A stretch of 64,000 nucleotides of DNA from an uncultured bacterium (GTDB taxonomy: Bacteria > Patescibacteriota > Minisyncoccia > Moranbacterales > UBA2206), in NCBI GenBank assembly GCA_903842445.1, contig CAIMLT010000003.1, positions 5,696-69,695 on the forward strand, read 5' to 3'. The notes below the pieces were generated by a model. It did not search any database, was not told the DNA's origin, and saw only the letters and a program-made list of their open reading frames with translations. Position 1 is the first letter of the stretch. Every line of letters starts with the position of its first letter. Below, in pieces: positions 9,194 to 16,142 of the stretch. Made by a program: the position numbers and the translations under genes.

Positions 9194-10248
9194 CAAATCC
9201 TCGGAATCAACTTCCCTCTCGGCACCTCAATTTTCTTAAGACTCCCAATATTTGTAGCTAAATATAAGCCTTTTTTCTCATTTTCTCGATTGGAAAACTT
9301 TTTCACAAACCCAATAACCTTAGCTTCTGGGTTGAATTTTTGCAAAATTTTAATAACTTTATCGGCATTTTCTTTGGCAACCGTCGCCACAAACCGACCT
9401 TCGGACGGAAAAGAGAACTTATCGATTCCCAAAAGATTTGAAAGCGCAACTGTTTCTTTGGCAAACGGTAATTTGCTTTCTTCAAGAATAATGCGGACTT
9501 TGGATTTTTCGGAAATTTCATTGAGCACCGCAGCTACTCCGCCGCGCGTCGGATCCTTGCAAGCTGTTAGATATTTCGCAACGCTTTGAATTTCTTTGGT
9601 GAGCGGCTGGCAATCACTTTTGATTTTGGTTTTATAATTAAATCTTTTGGAAAGAAGTGCGACGGCGTGCTCGCCAAGATTTCCGGAAGTAATGACAACA
9701 TCACCCGGTTTTGCACCATTGTTTGAAATAATATTTTCCGCAATTCCCACGCCAGAAGTCGTAATTTCAATTTTGTCGAGTTTGCCTTTTTCCGTAACTT
9801 TCGTGTCCCCGGTAACAATCGGCACGCCAGTAATTTTAGAAATCTGCCCAATCGATTGCATAATTTTTTTGAGATCCGCGATTGGAAAACCTTCTTCCAT
9901 CACCACGCTCAAAGAAATCCCGATTGGCACAGCGCCCATCACCGAAAGATCATTTATCGTCCCACAAATCGCGATTTTCCCGATGTCCCCACCCGGAAAA
10001 AAAATCGGATCAACAATAAAAGCATCTGTCGTAAAAACCAATTTCGATTTTCCCCCTCTCCTTAATAAGCCTGCCTGTCCGGTAGGCAGGGAGAGGGCTG
10101 GGGTGAGGTCAAAAACCGCCCCATCATCATTGGTATTTTTCCATTTTTTAGACCTCGGAAAACTTTTTCTAATTTCCGCAATCAACTCTTCGGATTTCCC
10201 GCCACCACCGCCATCTTCTAGCTCCACAAATTCTTTTTTATTATTCAT
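9190..10248 (-). CDS. hypE: Hydrogenase maturation protein HypE (with in-frame repeat insertion)
   Basis: DGGGG, FTTDAFIVDPIFFPGGDIG, GTINDL, GDTKV, DPTRGG, C-terminal PRIC. Confidence 0.96.
   Translation of the reverse strand: MNNKKEFVELEDGGGGGKSEELIAEIRKSFPRSKKWKNTNDDGAVFDLTPALSLPTGQAGLLRRGGKSKLVFTTDAFIVDPIFFPGGDIGKIAICGTINDLSVMGAVPIGISLSVVMEEGFPIADLKKIMQSIGQISKITGVPIVTGDTKVTEKGKLDKIEITTSGVGIAENIISNNGAKPGDVVITSGNLGEHAVALLSKRFNYKTKIKSDCQPLTKEIQSVAKYLTACKDPTRGGVAAVLNEISEKSKVRIILEESKLPFAKETVALSNLLGIDKFSFPSEGRFVATVAKENADKVIKILQKFNPEAKVIGFVKKFSNRENEKKGLYLATNIGSLKKIEVPRGKLIPRIC
10051..10108. repeat. Nested palindromic repeats inside hypE
   Basis: CCTGCCTGTCCGGTAGGCAGG (10070-10090) interrupts CCCTCTCCTTAATAAG|GAGAGGGCTGGGGTGAGG. 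Confidence 0.85.
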
Positions 10249-10275
10249 AATTTGTATTTTTATACTTCCTGTATT

Positions 10276-11322
10276 TTACACCTTAATGAAAAATGTAGGA
10301 AATATTTTTTTGAGTTGTTTTTCAATCTCAAATCCCTCGCAATGCCGCAAAACTCCAAGATACGATTGCAAACTCTTACTGAAAGATTCTACAAAAATCA
10401 AATCTTCCCGTAATAATTTGTGTTTCTGAGAATTTTTTTTGAATATTCTTCTTTTCGTTTTCGTTCGCAAAATCCGGTAATCAGAAAAGTTGACCATTCC
10501 TAGAAAATCAATGCCACTTGCCAGAGTTTTCAAAAAAACCTTATTTGGATGCAATTCCAGCTTCAGTTCATTGGATAAAAACTTTTCAATTTTTGGAATC
10601 TGATTTTCAAGTAAGCTTTTATCTTCCGACAAAAACACAAAATCATCGGCGTAGCGGAGATAATATTTGGCTTTCAGTTTATGTTTTGCAAATTGATCAA
10701 ATTTATTCATATAAATGTTGACGAATAATTGTGAAGTTAGGTTTCCAAGTGGCAAACCTGTATAAATTTTATTTTTGGTGGTAAAACTTTTTATAATATT
10801 TTCCAAAAGATTAATAATATTTTCATCTGGAATATATTCAGCTAGAATTTCCAACAAAATCTGATGATCCATATTAGCAAAAAACTTTTTAATGTCGCAT
10901 TTCAAAATCCAGCAAGTTTTGATATTATTTTTACTGACAATATGGGCATATTCGCGGAATTTATCAATGGCTTTATGTGTGCCTTTTTTGTTTCTGCAAG
11001 AATAGGAATCGGCAATGAAAGTTTTGTCAAAAAAAGGATAGAGAATTCTATATATGGCATGGTGCAAAAGTCGATCGCGCACGCTGGCCTTGTGAATGTC
11101 CCTGGGTTTTGGATCATTGATTTTGAAAGCTTGATAACCGCCGTGTTCATAGGTATGATTGAAAAGATCGCAGTGCAGTGAAAAAATATTATCCATCAGT
11201 TTCATTGAAAATTCTTGCACATCTTTTCTGTTTTTCTTGCCTTTTTCGAATTCTTGCCAAGCCAGAAGTAAGTTTTCTAAACAAATAATATTCTCAAAAT
11301 TATGACTCAATTGAATTTTCAT
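10276..11322 (-). CDS. DGR reverse transcriptase
   Basis: KPRDIH..VRDRLLHHA, SYSCR..KGTH, LKCDIKKFF, GLPLGNLTSQLFVNIYMN (DGR-type SQ motif), YLRYADDF, GIDFLG; 348 aa with no maturase or endonuclease domain. Confidence 0.95.
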   Translation of the reverse strand: MKIQLSHNFENIICLENLLLAWQEFEKGKKNRKDVQEFSMKLMDNIFSLHCDLFNHTYEHGGYQAFKINDPKPRDIHKASVRDRLLHHAIYRILYPFFDKTFIADSYSCRNKKGTHKAIDKFREYAHIVSKNNIKTCWILKCDIKKFFANMDHQILLEILAEYIPDENIINLLENIIKSFTTKNKIYTGLPLGNLTSQLFVNIYMNKFDQFAKHKLKAKYYLRYADDFVFLSEDKSLLENQIPKIEKFLSNELKLELHPNKVFLKTLASGIDFLGMVNFSDYRILRTKTKRRIFKKNSQKHKLLREDLIFVESFSKSLQSYLGVLRHCEGFEIEKQLKKIFPTFFIKV

Positions 11323-11323
11323 A

Positions 11324-11713
11324 ATGATACTTCTACTCTTAAAGCCCCCCCCCAGAGGAGTGCCTGCTGTAATTATAAAAGAAAAAGAAACTTATACCTA
11401 TTGGCTAGCTTTGCATCGCAATTTCCCGAAAACTGAACGCTATGGACTTGGAAGAAGAATCGACCAGCTATTCCTGGAAATTCTTGAACTCAGTTTTACT
11501 GCTGCATATTTACCGGCTGATCCAAAAATAATCCTATTGGGAAAAATAATTTCTCGTCTTGATGTGCTTAAATTTTTCTCACAACTCGCTTGGGAAAATA
11601 AATTAATTCCTTCTGAAAAATATCTGGAACTTTCCCAAAAACTGGAAGAAATCGGTCGAATGTTTGGCGGCTGGAGAAAAGGACTTTTGGAAAAGAAAAC
11701 TCCTGCCAAATAA
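11324..11713 (+). CDS. avd: Avd-like accessory variability determinant (four-helix-bundle protein)
   Basis: FPKTERYGLGRRI...EEIGRMFGGW, about 130 aa, helical, adjacent to the RT and TR. Confidence 0.88.
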   Translation: MILLLLKPPPRGVPAVIIKEKETYTYWLALHRNFPKTERYGLGRRIDQLFLEILELSFTAAYLPADPKIILLGKIISRLDVLKFFSQLAWENKLIPSEKYLELSQKLEEIGRMFGGWRKGLLEKKTPAK

Positions 11714-11720
11714 GCAGGAG
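11691..11720 (-). terminator. Intrinsic terminator-like hairpin just 3' of TR
   Basis: Minus strand CTCCTGC-TTATTTG-GCAGGAG followed by TTTTCTTTT; the loop contains the avd stop codon. Confidence 0.6.
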
Positions 11721-11736
11721 AAAAACAGTAGTTTCA

Positions 11737-11845
11737 GAAGAACACCTGGTTGTCATCATTCCACCTATTCGTATCATCGACAGAGTTGGCATTGACGTTC
11801 CAACCATCGTCGTTCCAGTTACAATTCACCGCACGAAGCACACCG
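11737..11845 (-). repeat. DGR template repeat (TR)
   Basis: 109-nt intergenic copy of the target 3' end, rich in AAC/AAT codons: GVLRAVNCNWNDDGWNVNANSVDDTNRWNDDNQVFF. Confidence 0.96.
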
Positions 11846-12100
11846 GCATTCTCGAGCAAAGAGCCATCCATTCCACTATCCTTCGAATGCTCTCCGGATT
11901 GTATCGCATTTGGGACATTAAAAGTCCGCCAGCTTTTTGCACCAATTCCTGTATTTTTTTGAAAAGATTATTTTCCATACTATTATGCAAGGCTTGCCCG
12001 GCACAACTCTCGCGAAAAATATCTTAAAGCCATGACACAAAAGCCGTAACCGTTGCGTATCACATGAGTTCATAAAAAGTATAGCAAAAAAATTTGAAAT

Positions 12101-12152
12101 AAAAAATGACCCTTTGAATTTTTTTCGATTTTCGAGAAAATTCAAAGGGTCA
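12101..12152 (-). terminator. 16-bp-stem hairpin plus T-tract downstream of the DGR target gene
   Basis: TGACCCTTTGAATTTT (12107-12122) pairs with AAAATTCAAAGGGTCA (12137-12152); T6 follows on the minus strand. Confidence 0.7.
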
Positions 12153-12170
12153 AAGTGACAAAGAATCAAA

Positions 12171-12184
12171 GGGACAAGTGTCCC
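12171..12184. promoter_or_regulatory. Short GC-rich hairpin 5 nt past the target stop; candidate DGR target-recognition hairpin
   Basis: GGGAC-AAGT-GTCCC; position matches the post-IMH hairpins known in DGRs. Confidence 0.55.
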
Positions 12185-12189
12185 AGAGC

Positions 12190-12867
12190 TTAAGCGGCAA
12201 CAGGAACTCGGAAGAACACCTGGCGGACAGCACGCCACCCATCCGTATCATCGACAGAGCGGGCACGGACGTCCCAACCATCGCCGCACCAGCCACAAGG
12301 CACCGCACGAAGCACACCGTTTTTGTCCCTGATGTAGAAGATGTTGGCATAACCGTTGTTCAAAAGAACGCCGGCTTCACCATTCCGCTGCTTCTCCATC
12401 TGAGAGAACATTTCCGATAAGGTAGTTTCGGCTTTTGCTTCACCACCTATCTCGGCGATGATCAGATCGTCAACCGAGGCTTTTTTCAGTCTGGCACAGC
12501 GAAGTTCCTGCTCACCGATAGGAGTCTCAATTTTGCCATCTTCGCCAAGAAACCACTTCGTGAAATTATCGCCAAGGTAACTGATTTTGACATTAGCCTC
12601 TTTGCTCGTATCAACAATAAACTTATCACGAGCGATAAAATTCACAATTCTTGCTGGAATAGTGACGGTGTTGATCATTTCGAGCAGAATATTGATTATG
12701 CCCTCTGACCAACATTTCTCCTTTCGGAGAAATTTTTTGAATTCCGCAAACCACACTTGGCATGCCTCACCAGATAGTTTTTCCGCCAAATCGCAGATTG
12801 CTCCCAACATTTCTCTTGGAAGATCCACAATCTTACGAACTACTTCACCGAGCATGTCTTTTTTCAT
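12190..12867 (-). CDS. DGR target protein with C-terminal variable region (probable CLec-type fold)
   Basis: 3' end matches TR; C-terminus NIFYIRDKNGVLRAVPCGWCGDGWDVRARSVDDTDGWRAVRQVFFR; AAGGAG RBS upstream; no signal peptide or TM segment. Confidence 0.92.
   Translation of the reverse strand: MKKDMLGEVVRKIVDLPREMLGAICDLAEKLSGEACQVWFAEFKKFLRKEKCWSEGIINILLEMINTVTIPARIVNFIARDKFIVDTSKEANVKISYLGDNFTKWFLGEDGKIETPIGEQELRCARLKKASVDDLIIAEIGGEAKAETTLSEMFSQMEKQRNGEAGVLLNNGYANIFYIRDKNGVLRAVPCGWCGDGWDVRARSVDDTDGWRAVRQVFFRVPVAA
12211..12319 (-). repeat. DGR variable repeat (VR)
   Basis: Ungapped match to 11737-11845 with 20 mismatches, each at a TR adenine on the coding strand. Confidence 0.96.
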
Positions 12868-12920
12868 GGTCAGTCTCCTTTTTTCTTAAAAAATATTTGC
12901 TTCCAGCTAACCGACATGGT

Positions 12921-13029
12921 TTTGCCACAGCAGAAAAGATTCATTTTGAAACTAGATCCCCGTATTCACGAGCCTGCCTGCCGGTAGGCAGGGATGACAA
13001 TTTATAAAAACCCTTTCTGCTGTGGCAAA
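12921..13029. repeat. 16-bp perfect inverted repeat enclosing nested REP-like palindromes
   Basis: TTTGCCACAGCAGAAA (12921-12936) and TTTCTGCTGTGGCAAA (13014-13029); inside, CTAGATCCCCGTATTCACGAG|CCTGCCTGCCGGTAGGCAGG|GATGACA. Confidence 0.8.
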
Positions 13030-13165
13030 TCACAAATATTAAAGAACTATCACTTAATAAAAAAGCTTCGCATATTTTCAGTTATATGTCAAACTAAATT
13101 GCCTTTTTTTGGCTTATGCAAAGGTTTTTATCGAAATTTACCAAGAAAAATTACAATTTTTGTCC

Positions 13166-14206
13166 TCAATTATCATATCTATACTCCACACTACAACTCC
13201 CCTCCCGTGAAACCATGCACGCACCTTGTGGATTATCCGGATTACACGCTTTCCCAAAAAGCGGACAATCTTTTGACGAAATAATCCCTTGCAAAACTTC
13301 GCCACATCGACACGCGCTCGGCTTGGTTTTTGTTTCTTTTTTAATTTTTGAAATCAAATCCCGATAAACAAATTCCGCATCATACTCACGATATTTTTTT
13401 CTAATTTTGAGTCCTGAATTTTTTATTTTTCCAAATCCGCGCCATGTGGCATCACTAATTTCAAAAACTTCCGCAATCATTTTTCTGGCTTTTGGATTGC
13501 CATCTTTCTTGACCAATCGCGAATAAGCATTTTCAACTTTTTTTTCGCCGGAAATAATTTGTGTAAGCAATTTATCAATCGCGATGAGCACATCTTCGCC
13601 GGTAAATCCGGCAATCACTTGCGGAATTTTAAATTGCGCGTAAATTTCTGTTCCGATAATCGCGCTAACATGCCCTGGGTTAATAAACCCATCAACTCTG
13701 ATTTTTTTATTTTGAAGCAGCGCTTCCATTGCCGGCGGAAAAAGTTTATGCGCAGAATAAACGATCAGCCCATTTCTAATCGCCCAAGCTGTCATCCCGG
13801 TCGTTGTTTCAAATCCCAGACCAAAAAAAACCAAATTCGGTTTTTCTTTTTTCATTTCGACCCCTTCAGTTATATCATAAACAATATTCACATCCGCGCC
13901 ATTTCTTCTGGCTTCTTCCAAGCTCATTAAATTTCCCGGAACTTGGATTGCGTCGCCATAAACCGCCACCGGAATTCCATGAAGCGCGAGACCAACCATA
14001 ACATCAATATCAGATTGATCAGTCACACAAACCGGACAACCCGGCCCAGAAACTAAAGTTATATTTTTTGGCAAAATATTTTTTATGCCATTTTCCGCAA
14101 TCGCCTCAGCATGCGTTCCGCAAAGCTCCATAAACCACAAAGGTCGCCCAATTTTTTCAGCTTTTTCGTGAATACTTTTTAAAAAATTTTTTAACTCACT
14201 GTTCAT
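13166..14206 (-). CDS. hypD: Hydrogenase maturation protein HypD
   Basis: MELCGTH, GPGCPVCVT, GFETT, PGHVS, C-terminal CRCG..CPLFG..C.PDNPQGACMVSREGSC. Confidence 0.97.
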   Translation of the reverse strand: MNSELKNFLKSIHEKAEKIGRPLWFMELCGTHAEAIAENGIKNILPKNITLVSGPGCPVCVTDQSDIDVMVGLALHGIPVAVYGDAIQVPGNLMSLEEARRNGADVNIVYDITEGVEMKKEKPNLVFFGLGFETTTGMTAWAIRNGLIVYSAHKLFPPAMEALLQNKKIRVDGFINPGHVSAIIGTEIYAQFKIPQVIAGFTGEDVLIAIDKLLTQIISGEKKVENAYSRLVKKDGNPKARKMIAEVFEISDATWRGFGKIKNSGLKIRKKYREYDAEFVYRDLISKIKKETKTKPSACRCGEVLQGIISSKDCPLFGKACNPDNPQGACMVSREGSCSVEYRYDN

Positions 14207-14220
14207 TATTATTTTTTATC

Positions 14221-14333
14221 ATCACGACTTAAGCGTTCGTCCGGAAAAAGTCCGCACGTTCGTTTTTTTTGGCACCTTAAGGCTTTTGATAAAGCAAGAG
14301 AAGAAAAGTCAAAGTAATAAAATTACGCTTTAG
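14221..14333. mobile_element. Truncated copy of a MITE-like element
   Basis: Aligns over about 110 bp with 19403-19510 (shared TTCGTCCGGAAAAAGTCCGCAC, TAAAGCAAGA, ACGCTTT); right inverted end is missing. Confidence 0.65.
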
Positions 14334-14345
14334 TAATTTCAAAAA

Positions 14346-14564
14346 TCACACGCCAGCCTTAAGCTCTGTTTTCAAATACCCTTTCATTTCACTAGCATAA
14401 TCCGCATCCATCTTCTCAATCGCAAAACCCGCGTGCACCATCACATACTCACCAGCTCTCACTGAAACTAAAGAAATATTGATTTCTTTCTGGATCCCAT
14501 CAAAATCAACTGTTGCCAGTTGATTTTTGATAGAAATAATTTTTCCAGGAATAGCAAGGCACAT
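14346..14564 (-). CDS. hypC: Hydrogenase chaperone HypC
   Basis: MCLAIPGKI, GEYVMVHAGFAI. Confidence 0.97.
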   Translation of the reverse strand: MCLAIPGKIISIKNQLATVDFDGIQKEINISLVSVRAGEYVMVHAGFAIEKMDADYASEMKGYLKTELKAGV

Positions 14565-14568
14565 ATTA

Positions 14569-15624
14569 TTATAATCTTGTATTATTTTTTATTTTCCCCG
14601 TAACTATTTTCCCCGCGTCTCTCACTAGTCTTGCTACCTCTCGATCAGTTAACACATAATCTAAAAACTCGCTTTTTTGGGCTTTTTTACTAATTTTTGA
14701 AGAAATAAAAAAAGTTCGGATATTTCTTGGATCAATTTTTTCCCGCTTGGCATCCGTAGTTTTAACATTTTTTATTATCTCATCTTCTCTGTTTTTATCT
14801 TCGTCTTTTAAGTTTATAATTCTTTCAAAACCTAAAGCAAAAAATAATTTTTCTAGATTTTGCTCTGGGGTTATGTTTTTTATTTGTTCTTTTATTTTAT
14901 CTAAAATTCCAAAGTCAAAAACTGCGACAGAAAGCTTTTTCAGATCAGATAGATCGCTCGCGATTTTCTCAAGATTATTTTGATCTGTGAGCGCCGCCGT
15001 AGGACACGCTCTGACACACTCACCGCAAAAACTGCAATCTAAAACTTTTTCATATGGCGTCCCCACAATCACATCTCCCGCGCGATTATTAAAGCCAAAC
15101 TTCTTCTCTGGACAAATGCTTATACACCTTCGACATTCCACGCAAAATTCCGAATTTCGAGAAACACACGGATTATCATTTTCCACTACAACGCGCGACC
15201 AATTGTCATGCACTAAATTCAATTCTTCTTTGCTCGTCATCTCGCCACGTCTCGGCACAAAATGAAAGTTTTCAATCCTATATTCTTCCGCCAATTTCTG
15301 GAGTTCACACATCCGATTTTTCTTGCAAGTCACGCATTTCCCCGCGTGATCCGCCCAAAGAAGCTCCAGATTAATCCGCCGAGCCTTTTGGACTTTTTCG
15401 CTTTCGATGAACACTTCCAAACCTTCGCAAACTTTTGTCGTGCAAGAAGTCACTAACTTTTCCGTCTTATTTGTTTCCACCAAGCAGAGCCGACATGCTC
15501 CTCCACGTGAAAGTCCCTCAAATGAACACAGCGTCGCAACCGGAATATTTTTCCGCCGACAAACATCCAGAATAGTTTCTCCGTTTTTTACTGTATATTT
15601 TTTATTATTGATTTTAATTTGCAT
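14569..15624 (-). CDS. NuoG/HoxU/HydA-like Fe-S subunit with a vestigial [FeFe]-hydrogenase catalytic domain
   Basis: 2Fe-2S (TLC..GACRLCLVE..TSC), His-ligated 4Fe-4S (HAGKCVTC..CELQ), 2x4Fe-4S (CVECRRC..CP, CSFCGECVRACP); Cys-free tail with LGF, IDP..I, DYVLTDREVARL. Confidence 0.8.
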   Translation of the reverse strand: MQIKINNKKYTVKNGETILDVCRRKNIPVATLCSFEGLSRGGACRLCLVETNKTEKLVTSCTTKVCEGLEVFIESEKVQKARRINLELLWADHAGKCVTCKKNRMCELQKLAEEYRIENFHFVPRRGEMTSKEELNLVHDNWSRVVVENDNPCVSRNSEFCVECRRCISICPEKKFGFNNRAGDVIVGTPYEKVLDCSFCGECVRACPTAALTDQNNLEKIASDLSDLKKLSVAVFDFGILDKIKEQIKNITPEQNLEKLFFALGFERIINLKDEDKNREDEIIKNVKTTDAKREKIDPRNIRTFFISSKISKKAQKSEFLDYVLTDREVARLVRDAGKIVTGKIKNNTRL

Positions 15625-16135
15625 GTTCTATAAATTTTATAACCTTATTTAATAAACCACTTACTGGCTCGTCAGATTTAAGAAATATTTTACTTTCCGG
15701 CATATGTGCATAATCACATCTCATCTTTTCATACTTTCTCTGTCTATCATGATGACATCTATTTCTTTCTCTGTTTTCAAATCGAATCCGCCTTTCTTTC
15801 TCATCAATTTCAAGAACTATCGTATAAATACTAACCCCATACTTCACTTTCCATGTCTCAAAAATCCTTCCCTCTGGTTCAAAGTTGAAAGTAGATTCTA
15901 TAATTACATCAATTCCGCGATTAATATTTTCTTCAGCAAGATCCATGATTGCCTTAACTGAAGGATACCCTAATTTTATACTATCCTCTAGTGTCGACAT
16001 CCTCATCGAATTATACATTGATTCCTTGACTGAATCCTTATGTAAACAAAAAATGCCAATCTTCTCAGATAACTTATCGGCCAAAGTAGTTTTTCCAACC
16101 CCAGGAACTCCGCAAATTATAATAAGTTTACTCAT
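15614..16135 (-). CDS. P-loop nucleotide kinase-like (AAA_33-type) protein
   Basis: LIIICGVPGVGKTT Walker A, DVIIES. Confidence 0.8.
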   Translation of the reverse strand: MSKLIIICGVPGVGKTTLADKLSEKIGIFCLHKDSVKESMYNSMRMSTLEDSIKLGYPSVKAIMDLAEENINRGIDVIIESTFNFEPEGRIFETWKVKYGVSIYTIVLEIDEKERRIRFENRERNRCHHDRQRKYEKMRCDYAHMPESKIFLKSDEPVSGLLNKVIKFIEHAN

Positions 16136-16142
16136 AAGTTGA

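Larger units (their letters stand above)
10276..12867. mobile_element. Diversity-generating retroelement (RT, Avd, TR, VR-bearing target)
   Basis: All four components are present, and the TR/VR pair differs only at template adenines. Confidence 0.96.

Noticed and set aside
9647-10429. 260-aa plus-strand ORF
   Set aside because: Antisense shadow of hypE. The many other short plus-strand ORFs opposite core genes were rejected for the same reason.
10276-11322. RT as a group II intron, retron or CRISPR-associated RT
   Set aside because: It is short with no maturase or endonuclease domain, has the DGR-type GNLTSQ motif, and sits beside Avd and an A-specific TR/VR pair; no cas genes are present.
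11568-12420. Short ORFs overlapping TR and VR (11568-11807, 11750-11962, 11918-12238, 12150-12350, 12178-12420)
   Set aside because: Alternative-frame or antisense by-products of the repeats; no coding features.
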